A stretch of 64,000 nucleotides of DNA, taken from Auanema rhodensis. Lineage: Eukaryota > Animalia > Nematoda. Position numbers and translations under genes: made by a program. Positions 40,201 through 55,200 of this stretch are shown piece by piece. How positions within the stretch are numbered: the stretch's first letter is position 1; the number at the start of each line of letters is the position of its first letter. The notes under the pieces are model-generated. The model saw nothing but the letters and a program-made list of their open reading frames with translations. It made no database searches and had not been told where the DNA came from. Where the stretch lies: contig OZ059895.1 of assembly GCA_964057225.1 (NCBI GenBank), positions 992,001-1,056,000 of the forward strand. Reading direction: 5' to 3'.

Positions 40201-41761
40201 TGCGGATTTTTAAGCTGCGTCGATCTGTGTTATCAGATTTGCGCTAGCTTAAAAATGCACCGAGATTTTAACTGATATAAGTTCACACTTATATCCTCGA
40301 TTTTCACCCTGAAGAATTAATTTTTTCGTTGAATAACATTGTCCATCGTCTTTGCCTTGAAAAATGGAATCTAAAAACATCTACTTTTTGCTAAATTATT
40401 TTGAAATTTTTCGAAAAAATTTTTGTCAAAATGTTTTTGGAAGCAATGTTGAGTGTACATGGAAACTCAACATACACTAATGCATCATTTTTCAAACGAT
40501 CATAACTAATTTTTGTATCAAGCGTTTCTCGATGTAGTATAGTGCATTCGATGCGGATTTTTAAGCTGCGTCGATCTGTGTTATCAGATTTGCGCTAGCT
40601 TAAAAATGCACCGAGATTTTAACTGATATAAGTTCACACTTATATCCTCGATTTTCACCCTGAAGAATTAATTTTTTCGTTGAATAACATTGTCCATCGT
40701 CTTTGCCTTAAAAAATGGAATCTAAAAACATCTACTTTTTGCTAAATTATTTTGAAATTTTTCGAAAAAATTTTTGTCAAAATGTTTTTGGAAGCAATGT
40801 TGAGTGTACATGGAAACTCAACATACACTAATGCATCATTTTTCAAACGATCATAACTAATTTGTGTATTAAGCGTTTCTCAATGTAGTATAGTGCATTC
40901 GATGCGGATTTTTAAGCTGCGTCGATCTGTGTTATCAGATTTGCGCTAGCTTAAAAATGCACCGAGATATCAACTGATATAAGTTCACACTTATATCCTC
41001 GATTTTCACCCTGAAGAATTAATTTTTTCGTTGAATAACATCGTCCATCGTCTTTGCCTTGAAAAATGGAATCTAAAAACATCTACTTTTTGCTAAATTA
41101 TTTTGAAATTTTTCGAAAAAATTTTTGTCAAAATGTTTTTGGAAGCAATGTTGAGTGTACATGGAAACTCAACATACACTAATGCATCATTTTTCAAACG
41201 ATCATAACTAATTTTTGTATTAGCTTTTCTCAATGTAGTTGAGTGCATTCGATGCGGATTTTTAAGCTGTGTCGATCTGTGTTATCAGATTTGCGCTAGC
41301 TTAAAAATGCACCGAGATATCAACTGATATAAGTTCACACTTATATCCTCGATTTTCACCCTGAAGAATTAATTTTTTCGTTGAATAACATCGTCCATCG
41401 TCTTTGCCTTAAAAAATGGAATCTAAAAACATCTACTTTTTGCTAAACTATTTTGAAATTTTTCGAAAAAATTTTTGTCAAAATGTTTTTGGAAGCAATG
41501 TTGAGTGTACATGGAAACTCAACATACACTAATGCATCGTTTTTCAAACGATCATAACTAATTTTTGTATTAAGCTTTTCTCAATGTAGTATAGTGCATT
41601 CGATGCGGATTTTTAAGCTGTGTCGATCTGTGTTATCAGATTTGCGCTAGCTTAAAAATGCACCGAGATATCAACTGATATAAGTTCACACTTATATCCT
41701 CGATTTTCACCCTGAAGAATTAATTTTTTCGTTGAATAACATCGTCCATCGTCTTTGCCTT
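37201..41761. repeat. Imperfect 7-monomer periodicity (2456 bp)
   Basis: Private CTAAACTATT at ~38992 and ~41448. Deletion monomers at 38605 and 41061; TTTCGAAATT monomers at 37552 and 40008. Confidence 0.78.
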
Positions 41762-44700
41762 GAAAAATGGAATCTAAAAACATCTACTTTTTGCTAAATT
41801 ATTTTGAAATTTTTCGAAAAAATTTTTGTCAAAATGTTTTTGGAAGCAATGTTGAGTGTACATGGAAACTCAACATACACTAATGCATCATTTTTCAAAC
41901 GATCATAACTAATTTGTGTATTAAGCGTTTCTCAATGTAGTCAAGTGCATTCGATGCGGATTTTTAAGCTGCGTCGATCTGTGTTATCAGATTTGCGCTA
42001 GCTTAAAAATGCACCGAGATATCAACTGATATAAGTTCACACTTATATCCTCGATTTTCACGCTGAAGAATTAATTTTTTCGTTGAATAACATTGTCCAT
42101 CGTCTTTGCCTTGAAAAAAGGAATCTAAAAATATCTACTTTTTGCTAAATTATTTTGAAATTTTTCGAAAAAATTTTTGTCAAAATGTTTTTGGAAGCAA
42201 TGTTGAGTGTACATGGAAACTCAACATACACTAATGCATCATTTTTCAAACGATCATAACTAATTTTTGTATTAAGCTTTTCTCAATGTAGTATAGTGCA
42301 TTCGATGCGGATTTTTAAGCTGTGTCGATCTGTGTTATCAGATTTGCGCTAGCTTAAAAATGCACCGAGATATCAACTGATATAAGTTCACACTTATATC
42401 CTCGATTTTCACCCTGAAGAATTAATTTTTTCGTTGAATAACATCGTCCATCGTCTTTGCCTTGAAAAATGGAATCTAAAAACATCTACTTTTTGCTAAA
42501 TTATTTTGAAATTTTTCGAAAAAATTTTTGTCAAAATGTTTTTGGAAGCAATGTTGAGTGTACATGGAAACTCAACATACACTAATGCATCATTTTTCAA
42601 ACGATCATAACTAATTTTTGTATTAGCTTTTCTCAATGTAGTATAGTGCATTCGATGCGGATTTTTAAGCTGTGTCGATCTGTGTTATCAGAGTTGCGCT
42701 AGCTTAAAAATGCACCGAGATATCAACTGATATAAGTTCACACTTATATCCTCGATTTTCACCCTGAAGAATTAATTTTTTCGTTGAATAACATCGTCCA
42801 TCGTCTTTGCCTTGAAAAATGGAATCTAAAAACATCTACTTTTTGCTAAATTATTTTGAAATTTTTCGAAAAAATTTTTGTCAAAATGTTTTTGGAAGCA
42901 ATGTTGAGTGTACATGGAAACTCAACATACACTAATGCATCATTTTTCAAACGATCATAACTAATTTTTGTATCAAGCGTTTCTCGATGTAGTATAGTGC
43001 ATTCGATGCGGATTTTTAAGCTGCGTCGATCTGTGTTATCAGATTTGCGCTAGCTTAAAAATGCACCGAGATATCAACTGATATAAGTTCACACTTATAT
43101 CCTCGATTTTCACCCTGAAGAATTAATTTTTTCGTTGAATAACATCGTCCATCGTCTTTGCCTTGAAAAATGGAATCTAAAAACATCTACTTTTTGCTAA
43201 ATTATTTTGAAATTTTTCGAAAAAATTTTTGTCAAAATGTTTTTGGAAGCAATGTTGAGTGTACATGGAAACTCAACATACACTAATGCATCATTTTTCA
43301 AACGATCATAACTAATTTGTGTATTAAGCGTTTCTCAATGTAGTATAGTGCATTCGATGCGGATTTTTAAGCTGCGTCGATCTGTGTTATCAGATTTGCG
43401 CTAGCTTAAAAATGCACCGAGATATCAACTGATATAAGTTCACACTTATATCCTCGATTTTCACCCTGAAGAATTAATTTTTTCGTTGAATAACATCGTC
43501 CATCGTCTTCGCTTTGAAAAATGGAATCTAAAAACATCTACTTTTTGCTAAATTATTTTGAAATTTTTCGAAAAAATTTTTGTCAAAATGTTTTTGGAAG
43601 CAATGTTGAGTGTACATGAAAACTCAACATACACTAATGCATCATTTTTCAAACGATCATAACTAATTTTTGTATTAAGCTTTTCTCAATGTAGTATAGT
43701 GCATTCGATGCGGATTTTTAAGCTGTGTCGATCTGTGTTATCAGATTTGCGCTAGCTTAAAAATGCACCGAGATATCAACTGATATAAGTTCACACTTAT
43801 ATCCTCGATTTTCACCCTGAAGAATTAATTTTTTCGTTGAATAACATCGTCCATCGTCTTTGCCTTGAAAAATGGAATCTAAAAACATCTACTTTTTGCT
43901 AAATTATTTTGAAATTTTTCGAAAAAATTTTTGTCAAAATGTTTTTGGAAGCAATGTTGAGTGTACATGGAAACTCAACATACACTAATGCATCATTTTT
44001 CAAACGATCATAACTAATTTTTGTATCAAGCGTTTCTCGATGTAGTATAGTGCATTCGATGCGGATTTTTAAGCTGCGTCGATCTGTGTTATCAGATTTG
44101 CGCTAGCTTAAAAATGCACCGAGATATCAACTGATATAAGTTCACACTTATATCCTCGATTTTCACCCTGAAGAATTAATTTTTTCGTTGAATAACATTG
44201 TCCATCGTCTTTGCCTTGAAAAATGGAATCTAAAAACATCTACTTTTTGCTAAATTATTTTGAAATTTTTCGAAAAAATTTTTGTCAAAATGTTTTTGGA
44301 AGCAATGTTGAGTGTACATGGAAACTCAACATACACTAATGCATCATTTTTCAAACGATCATAACTAATTTTTGTATTAGCTTTTCTCAATGTAGTATAG
44401 TGCATTCGATGCGGATTTTTAAGCTGTGTCGATCTGTGTTATCAGATTTGCGCTAGCTTAAAAATGCACCGAGATATCAACTGATATAAGTTCACACTTA
44501 TATCCTTGATTTTCACCCTGAAGAATTAATTTTTTCGTTGAATAACATCGTTCATCGTCTTTGCCTTGAAAAATGGAATCTAAAAACATCTACTTTTTGC
44601 TAAATTATTTTGAAATTTTTCGAAAAAATTTTTGTCAAAATGTTTTTGGAAGCAATGTTGAGTGTACATGGAAACTCAACATACACTAATGCATCGTTTT

Positions 44701-46673
44701 TCAAACGATCATAACTAATTTTTGTATTAAGTTTTTCTCAATGTAGTATAGTGCATTCGATGCGGATTTTTAAGCTGCGTCGATCTGTGTTATCAGATTT
44801 GCGCTAGCTTAAAAATGCACCGAGATATCAACTGATATAAGTTCACACTTATATCCTCGATTTTCACCCTGAAGAATTAATTTTTTCGTTGAATAACATC
44901 GTCCATCGTCTTTGCCTTGAAAAATGGAATCTAAAAACATCTACTTTTTGCTAAATTATTTTGAAATTTTTCGAAAAAATTTTTGTCAAAATGTTTTTGG
45001 AAGCAATGTTGAGTGTACATGGAAACTCAACATACACTAATGCATCATTTTTCAAACGATCATAACTAATTTTTGTATTAAGCGTTTCTCGATGTAGTAT
45101 AGTGCATTCGATGCGGATTTTTAAGTTGCGTCGATCTGTGTTATCAGATTTGCGCTAGCTTAAAAATGCACCGAGATTTTAACTGATGTAAGTTCACACT
45201 TATATCCTCGATTTTCACCCTGAAGAATTAATTTTTTCGTTGAATAACATTGTCCATCGTCTTTGCCTTGGAAAATGGAATCTAAAAACATCTACTTTTT
45301 GCTAAATTATTTTGAAATTTTTCGAAAAAATTTTTGTCAAAATGTTTTTGGAAGCAATGTTGAGTGTACATGGAAACTCAACATACACTAATGCATCATT
45401 TTTCAAACGATCATAACTAATTTTTGTATTAAGCGTTTCTCGATGTAGTATAGTGCATTCGATGCGGATTTTTAAGTTGCGTCGATCTGTGTTATCAGAT
45501 TTGCGCTAGCTTAAAAATGCACCGAGATTTTAACTGATGTAAGTTCACACTTATATCCTCGATTTTCACCCTGAAGAATTAATTTTTTCGTTGAATAACA
45601 TTGTCCATCGTCTTTGCCTTGGAAAATGGAATCTAAAAACATCTACTTTTTGCTAAATTATTTTGAAATTTTTCGAAAAAATTTTTGTCAAAATGTTTTT
45701 GGAAGCAATGTTGAGTGTACATGGAAACTCAACATACACTAATGCATCATTTTTCAAACGATCATAACTAATTTTTGTATCAAGCGTTTTTCGATGTAGT
45801 ATAGTGCATTCGATGCGGATTTTTAAGCTGCGTCGATCTGTGTTATCAGATTTGCGCTAGCTTAAAAATGCACCGAGATATCAACTGATATAAGTTCACA
45901 CTTATATCCTCGATTTTCACCCTGAAGAATTAATTTTTCCGTTGAATAACATTGTCCATCGTCTTTGCCTTGAAAAATGGAATCTAAAAACATCTACTTT
46001 TTGCTAAATTATTTTGAAATTTTTCGAAAAAATTTTTGTCAAAATGTTTTTGGAAGCAATGTTGAGTGTACATGGAAACTCAACATACACTAATGCATCA
46101 TTTTTCAAACAATCATAACTAAATTGTGTAATAAGCGTTTCTCAATGTAGTATAGTGCATTCGATGCGGATTTTTAAGCTGCGTCGATCTGTGTTATCAG
46201 ATTTGCGCTAGCTTAAAAATGCACCGAGATATCAACTGATATAAGTTCACACTTATATCCTCGATTTTCACCCTGAAGAATTAATTTTTTTGTTGAATAA
46301 CATCGTCCATCGTCTTTGCCTTGAAAAATGGAATCTAAAAACATCTACTTTTTGCTAAATTATTTTGAAATTTTTCGAAAAAATTTTTGTCAAAATGTTT
46401 TTGGAAGCAATGTTGAGTGTACATGGAAACTCAACATACACTAATGCATCATTTTTCAAACGATCATAACTAATTTTTGTATTAAGCGTTTCTCGATGTA
46501 GTATAGTGCATTCGATGCGGATTTTTAAGCTGCGTCGATCTGTGTTATCAGATTTGCGCTAGCTTAAAAATGCACCGAGATTTTAACTGATATAAGTTCA
46601 CACTTATATCCTCGATTTTCACCCTGAAGAATTAATTTTTTCGTTGAATAACATTGTCCATCGTCTTTGCCTT

Positions 46674-49600
46674 GAAAAATGGAATCTAAAAACATCTACT
46701 TTTTGCTAAATTATTTTGAAATTTTTCGAAAAAATTTTTGTCAAAATGTTTTTGGAAGCAATGTTGAGTGTACATGGAAACTCAACATACACTAATGCAT
46801 CATTTTTCAAACAATCATAACTAATTTGTGTATTAAGCGTTTCTCAATGTAGTATAGTGCATTCGATGCGGATTTTTAAGCTGCGTCGATGTGTGTTATC
46901 AGATTTGCGCTAGCTTAAAAATGCACCGAGATATCAACTGATATAAGTTCACACTTATATCCTCAATTTTCACCCTGAAGAATTAATTTTTTTGTTGAAT
47001 AACATCGTCCATCGTCTTTGCCTTGAAAAATGGAATCTAAAAACATCTACTTTTTGCTAAATTATTTTGAAATTTTTCGAAAAAATTTTTGTCAAAATGT
47101 TTTTGGAAGCAATGTTGAGTGTACATGGAAACTCAACATACACTAATGCATCATTTTTCAAACGATCATAACTAATTTTTGTATTAAGCGTTTCTCGATG
47201 TAGTATAGTGCATTCGATGCGGATTTTTAAGCTGCGTCGATCTGTGTTATCAGATTTGCGCTAGCTTAAAAATGCACCGAGATATCAACTGATATAAGTT
47301 CACACTTATATCCTCGATTTTCACCCTGAAGAATTAATTTTTTCGTTGAATAACATTGTCCATCGTCTTTGCCTTGAAAAATGGAATCTAAAAACATCTA
47401 CTTTTTGCTAAATTATTTTGAAATTTTTCGAAAAAATTTTTGTCAAAATGTTTTTGGAAGCAATGTTGAGTGTACATGGAAACTCAACATACACTAATGC
47501 ATCATTTTTCAAACGATCATAACTAATTTTTGTATTAGCTTTTCTCAATGTAGTATAGTGCATTCGATGCGGATTTTTAAGCTGTGTCGATCTGTGTTAT
47601 CAGATTTGCGCTAGCTTAAAAATGCACCGAGATATCAACTGATATAAGTTCACACTTATATCCTCGATTTTCACCCTGAAGAATTAATTTTTTCGTTGAA
47701 TAACATCGTCCATCGTCTTTGCCTTGAAAAATGGAATCTAAAAACATCTACTTTTTGCTAAATTATTTTGAAATTTTTCGAAAAAATTTTTGTCAAAATG
47801 TTTTTGGAAGCAATGTTGAGTGTACATGGAAACTCAACATACACTAATGCATCGTTTTTCAAACGATCATAACTAATTTTTGTATTAAGCTTTTCTCAAT
47901 GTAGTATAGTGCATTCGATGCGGATTTTTAAGCTGCGTCGATCTGTGTTATCAGATTTGCGCTAGCTTAAAAATGCACCGAGATATCAACTGATATAAGT
48001 TCACACTTATATCCTCGATTTTCACCCTGAAGAATTAATTTTTTCGTTGAATAACATCGTCCATCGTCTTTGCCTTGAAAAATGGAATCTAAAAACATCT
48101 ACTTTTTGCTAAATTATTTTGAAATTTTTCGAAAAAATTTTTGTCAAAATGTTTTTGGAAGCAATGTTGAGTGTACATGGAAACTCAACATACACTAATG
48201 CATCATTTTTCAAACGATCATAACTAATTTTTGTATTAAGCGTTTCTCGATGTAGTATAGTGCATTCGATGCGGATTTTTAAGTTGCGTCGATCTGTGTT
48301 ATCAGATTTGCGCTAGCTTAAAAATGCACCGAGATTTTAACTGATATAAGTTCACACTTATATCCTCGATTTTCACCCTGAAGAATTAATTTTTTCGTTG
48401 AATAACATTGTCCATCGTCTTTGCCTTGGAAAATGGAATCTAAAAACATCTACTTTTTGCTAAATTATTTTGAAATTTTTCGAAAAAATTTTTGTCAAAA
48501 TGTTTTTGGAAGCAATGTTGAGTGTACATGGAAACTCAACATACACTAATGCATCATTTTTCAAACGATCATAACTAATTTTTGTATCAAGCGTTTCTCG
48601 ATGTAGTATAGTGCATTCGATGCGGATTTTTAAGCTGCGTCGATCTGTGTTATCAGATTTGCGCTAGCTTAAAAATGCACCGAGATATCAACTGATATAA
48701 GTTCACACTTATATCCTCGATTTTCACCCTGAAGAATTAATTTTTTCGTTGAATAACATTGTCCATCGTCTTTGCCTTGAAAAATGGAATCTAAAAACAT
48801 CTACTTTTTGCTAAATTATTTTGAAATTTTTCGAAAAAATTTTTGTCAAAATGTTTTTGGAAGCAATGTTGAGTGTACATGGAAACTCAACATACACTAA
48901 TGCATCATTTTTCAAACAATCATAACTAAATTGTGTAATAAACGTTTCTCAATGTAGTATAGTGCATTCGATGCGGATTTTTAAGCTGCGTCGATCTGTG
49001 TTATCAGATTTGCGCTAGCTTAAAAATGCACCGAGATATCAACTGATATAAGTTCACACTTATATCCTCGATTTTCACCCTGAAGAATTAATTTTTTTGT
49101 TGAATAACATCGTCCATCGTCTTTGCCTTGAAAAATGGAATCTAAAAACATCTACTTTTTGCTAAATTATTTTGAAATTTTTCGAAAAAATTTTTGTCAA
49201 AATGTTTTTGGAAGCAATGTTGAGTGTACATGGAAACTCAACATACACTAATGCATCGTTTTTCAAACGATCATAACTAATTTTTGTATTAAGCTTTTCT
49301 CAATGTAGTATAGTGCATTCGATGCGGATTTTTAAGCTGTGTCGATCTGTGTTATCAGATTTGCGCTAGCTTAAAAATGCACCGAGATATCAACTGATAT
49401 AAGTTCACACTTATATCCTCGATTTTCACCCTGAAGAATTAATTTTTTCGTTGAATAACATCGTCCATCGTCTTTGCCTTGAAAAATGGAATCTAAAAAC
49501 ATCTACTTTTTGCTAAATTATTTTGAAATTTTTCGAAAAAATTTTTGTCAAAATGTTTTTGGAAGCAATGTTGAGTGTACATGGAAACTCAACATACACT

Positions 49601-52287
49601 AATGCATCATTTTTCAAACAATCATAACTAATTTGTGTATTAAGCGTTTCTCAATGTAGTATAGTGCATTCGATGCGGATTTTTAAGCTGCGTCGATGTG
49701 TGTTATCAGATTTGCGCTAGCTTAAAAATGCACCGAGATATCAACTGATATAAGTTCACACTTATATCCTCAATTTTCACCCTGAAGAATTAATTTTTTT
49801 GTTGAATAACATCGTCCATCGTCTTTGCCTTGAAAAATGGAATCTAAAAACATCTACTTTTTGCTAAATTATTTTGAAATTTTTCGAAAAAATTTTTGTC
49901 AAAATGTTTTTGGAAGCAATGTTGAGTGTACATGGAAACTCAACATACACTAATGCATCATTTTTCAAACGATCATAACTAATTTTTGTATTAAGCGTTT
50001 CTCGATGTAGTATAGTGCATTCGATGCGGATTTTTAAGCTGCGTCGATCTGTGTTATCAGATTTGCGCTAGCTTAAAAATGCACCGAGATATCAACTGAT
50101 ATAAGTTCACACTTATATCCTCGATTTTCACCCTGAAGAATTAATTTTTTCGTTGAATAACATTGTCCATCGTCTTTGCCTTGAAAAATGGAATCTAAAA
50201 ACATCTACTTTTTGCTAAATTATTTTGAAATTTTTCGAAAAAATTTTTGTCAAAATGTTTTTGGAAGCAATGTTGAGTGTACATGGAAACTCAACATACA
50301 CTAATGCATCATTTTTCAAACGATCATAACTAATTTTTGTATTAGCTTTTCTCAATGTAGTATAGTGCATTCGATGCGGATTTTTAAGCTGTGTCGATCT
50401 GTGTTATCAGATTTGCGCTAGCTTAAAAATGCACCGAGATATCAACTGATATAAGTTCACACTTATATCCTCGATTTTCACCCTGAAGAATTAATTTTTT
50501 CGTTGAATAACATCGTCCATCGTCTTTGCCTTGAAAAATGGAATCTAAAAACATCTACTTTTTGCTAAATTATTTTGAAATTTTTCGAAAAAATTTTTGT
50601 CAAAATGTTTTTGGAAGCAATGTTGAGTGTACATGGAAACTCAACATACACTAATGCATCGTTTTTCAAACGATCATAACTAATTTTTGTATTAAGCTTT
50701 TCTCAATGTAGTATAGTGCATTCGATGCGGATTTTTAAGCTGCGTCGATCTGTGTTATCAGATTTGCGCTAGCTTAAAAATGCACCGAGATATCAACTGA
50801 TATAAGTTCACACTTATATCCTCGATTTTCACCCTGAAGAATTAATTTTTTCGTTGAATAACATCGTCCATCGTCTTTGCCTTGAAAAATGGAATCTAAA
50901 AACATCTACTTTTTGCTAAATTATTTTGAAATTTTTCGAAAAAATTTTTGTCAAAATGTTTTTGGAAGCAATGTTGAGTGTACATGGAAACTCAACATAC
51001 ACTAATGCATCATTTTTCAAACGATCATAACTAATTTTTGTATTAAGCGTTTCTCGATGTAGTATAGTGCATTCGATGCGGATTTTTAAGTTGCGTCGAT
51101 CTGTGTTATCAGATTTGCGCTAGCTTAAAAATGCACCGAGATTTTAACTGATATAAGTTCACACTTATATCCTCGATTTTCACCCTGAAGAATTAATTTT
51201 TTCGTTGAATAACATTGTCCATCGTCTTTGCCTTGGAAAATGGAATCTAAAAACATCTACTTTTTGCTAAATTATTTTGAAATTTTTCGAAAAAATTTTT
51301 GTCAAAATGTTTTTGGAAGCAATGTTGAGTGTACATGGAAACTCAACATACACTAATGCATCATTTTTCAAACGATCATAACTAATTTTTGTATCAAGCG
51401 TTTCTCGATGTAGTATAGTGCATTCGATGCGGATTTTTAAGCTGCGTCGATCTGTGTTATCAGATTTGCGCTAGCTTAAAAATGCACCGAGATATCAACT
51501 GATATAAGTTCACACTTATATCCTCGATTTTCACCCTGAAGAATTAATTTTTTCGTTGAATAACATTGTCCATCGTCTTTGCCTTGAAAAATGGAATCTA
51601 AAAACATCTACTTTTTGCTAAATTATTTTGAAATTTTTCGAAAAAATTTTTGTCAAAATGTTTTTGGAAGCAATGTTGAGTGTACATGGAAACTCAACAT
51701 ACACTAATGCATCATTTTTCAAACAATCATAACTAAATTGTGTAATAAACGTTTCTCAATGTAGTATAGTGCATTCGATGCGGATTTTTAAGCTGCGTCG
51801 ATCTGTGTTATCAGATTTGCGCTAGCTTAAAAATGCACCGAGATATCAACTGATATAAGTTCACACTTATATCCTCGATTTTCACCCTGAAGAATTAATT
51901 TTTTTGTTGAATAACATCGTCCATCGTCTTTGCCTTGAAAAATGGAATCTAAAAACATCTACTTTTTGCTAAATTATTTTGAAATTTTTCGAAAAAATTT
52001 TTGTCAAAATGTTTTTGGAAGCAATGTTGAGTGTACATGGAAACTCAACATACACTAATGCATCGTTTTTCAAACGATCATAACTAATTTTTGTATTAAG
52101 CTTTTCTCAATGTAGTATAGTGCATTCGATGCGGATTTTTAAGCTGTGTCGATCTGTGTTATCAGATTTGCGCTAGCTTAAAAATGCACCGAGATATCAA
52201 CTGATATAAGTTCACACTTATATCCTCGATTTTCACCCTGAAGAATTAATTTTTTCGTTGAATAACATCGTCCATCGTCTTTGCCTT
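46674..52287. repeat. 8-monomer tandem duplication (2807 bp x2)
   Basis: GTCGATGTG at ~46891/~49698, AAATTGTGTAATAAACG at ~48930/~51737, and CCTTGGAAAA plus deletion monomers all at a 2807-bp offset. Confidence 0.92.
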
Positions 52288-55200
52288 GAAAAATGGAATC
52301 TAAAAACATCTACTTTTTGCTAAATTATTTTGAAATTTTTCGAAAAAATTTTTGTCAAAATGTTTTTGGAAGCAATGTTGAGTGTACATGGAAACTCAAC
52401 ATACACTAATGCATCATTTTTCAAACGATCATAACTAATTTGTGTATTAAGCGTTTCTCAATGTAGTATAGTGCATTCGATGCGGATTTTTAAGCTGCGT
52501 CGATCTGTGTTATCAGATTTGCGCTAGCTTAAAAATGCACCGAGATATCAACTGATATAAGTTCACACTTATATCCTCGATTTTCACCCTGAAGAATTAA
52601 TTTTTTCGTTGAATAACATCGTCCATCGTCTTCGCTTTGAAAAATGGAATCTAAAAACATCTACTTCTTGCTAAATTATTCTGAAATTTTTCGAAAAAAT
52701 TTTTGTCAAAATGTTTTTGGAAGCAATGTTGAGTGTACATGGAAACTCAACATACACTAATGCATCATTTTTCAAACGATCATAACTAATTTTTGTATTA
52801 AGCTTTTCTCAATGTAGTATAGTGCATTCGATGCGGATTTTTAAGCTGTGTCGATCTGTGTTATCAGATTTGCGCTAGCTTAAAAATGCACCGAGATATC
52901 AACTGATATAAGTTCACACTTATATCCTCGATTTTCACCCTGAAGAATTAATTTTTTCGTTGAATAACATCGTCCATCGTCTTTGCCTTGAAAAATGGAA
53001 TCTAAAAACATCTACTTTTTGCTAAATTATTTTGAAATTTTTCGAAAAAATTTTTGTCAAAATGTTTTTGGAAGCAATGTTGAGTGTACATGGAAACTCA
53101 ACATACACTAATGCATCATTTTTCAAACGATCATAACTAATTTGTGTATTAAGCGTTTCTCAATGTAGTATAGTGCATTCGATGCGGATTTTTAAGCTGC
53201 GTCGATCTGTGTTATCAGATTTGCGCTAGCTTAAAAATGCACCGAGATATCAACTGATATAAGTTCACACTTATATCCTCGATTTTCACCCTGAAGAATT
53301 AATTTTTTCGTTGAATAACATCGTCCATCGTCTTCGCTTTGAAAAATGGAATCTAAAAACATCTACTTTTTGCTAAATTATTCTGAAATTTTTCGAAAAA
53401 ATTTTTGTCAAAATGTTTTTGGAAGCAATGTTGAGTGTACATGGAAACTCAACATACACTAATGCATCATTTTTCAAACGATCATAACTAATTTTTGTAT
53501 TAAGCTTTTCTCAATGTAGTATAGTGCATTCGATGCGGATTTTTAAGCTGTGTCGATCTGTGTTATCAGATTTGCGCTAGCTTAAAAATGCACCGAGATA
53601 TCAACTGATATAAGTTCACACTTATATCCTCGATTTTCACCCTGAAGAATTAATTTTTTCGTTGAATAACATCGTCCATCGTCTTTGCCTTGAAAAATGG
53701 AATCTAAAAACATCTACTTTTTGCTAAATTATTTTGAAATTTTTCGAAAAAATTTTTGTCAAAATGTTTTTGGAAGCAATGTTGAGTGTACATGGAAACT
53801 CAACATACACTAATGCATCATTTTTCAAACGATCATAACTAATTTTTGTATCAAGCGTTTCTCGATGTAGTATAGTGCATTCGATGCGGATTTTTAAGCT
53901 GCGTCGATCTGTGTTATCAGATTTGCGCTAGCTTAAAAATGCACCGAGATATCAACTGATATAAGTTCACACTTATATCCTCGATTTTCACCCTGAAGAA
54001 TTAATTTTTTCGTTGAATAACATTGTCCATCGTCTTTGCCTTGAAAAATGGAATCTAAAAACATCTACTTTTTGCTAAATTATTTTGAAATTTTTCGAAA
54101 AAATTTTTGTCAAAATGTTTTTGGAAGCAATGTTGAGTGTACATGGAAACTCAACATACACTAATGCATCATTTTTCAAACGATCATAACTAATTTTTGT
54201 ATTAGCTTTTCTCAATGTAGTATAGTGCATTCGATGCGGATTTTTAAGCTGTGTCGATCTGTGTTATCAGATTTGCGCTAGCTTAAAAATGCACCGAGAT
54301 ATCAACTGATATAAGTTCACACTTATATCCTCGATTTTCACCCTGAAGAATTAATTTTTTCGTTGAATAACATCGTCCATCGTCTTTGCCTTGAAAAATG
54401 GAATCTAAAAACATCTACTTTTTGCTAAATTATTTTGAAATTTTTCGAAAAAATTTTTGTCAAAATGTTTTTGGAAGCAATGTTGAGTGTACATGGAAAC
54501 TCAACATACACTAATGCATCGTTTTTCAAACGATCATAACTAATTTTTGTATTAAGCTTTTCTCAATGTAGTATAGTGCATTCGATGCGGATTTTTAAGC
54601 TGCGTCGATCTGTGTTATCAGATTTGCGCTAGCTTAAAAATGCACCGAGATATCAACTGATATAAGTTCACACTTATATCCTCGATTTTCACCCTGAAGA
54701 ATTAATTTTTTCGTTGAATAACATCGTCCATCGTCTTTGCTATGAAAAATGGAGTCTAAAAACATCTACTTTTTGCTAAATTATTTTGAAATTTTTCGAA
54801 AAAATTTTTGTCAAAATGTTTTTGGAAGCAATGTTGAGTGTACATGGAAACTCAACATACACTAATGCATCATTTTTCAAACGATCATAACTAATTTTTG
54901 TATTAAGCGTTTCTCGATGTAGTATAGTGCATTCGATGCGGATTTTTAAGCTGCGTCGATCTGTGTTATCAGATTTGCGCTAGCTTAAAAATGCACCGAG
55001 ATTTTAACTGATATAAGTTCACACTTATATCCTCAATTTTCACCCTGAAGAATTAATTTTTTCGTTGAATAACATTGTCCATCGTCTTTGCCTTGAAAAA
55101 TGGAATCTAAAAACATCTACTTTTTGCTAAATTATTTTGAAATTTTTCGAAAAAATTTTTGTCAAAATGTTTTTGGAAGCAATGTTGAGTGTACATGGAA

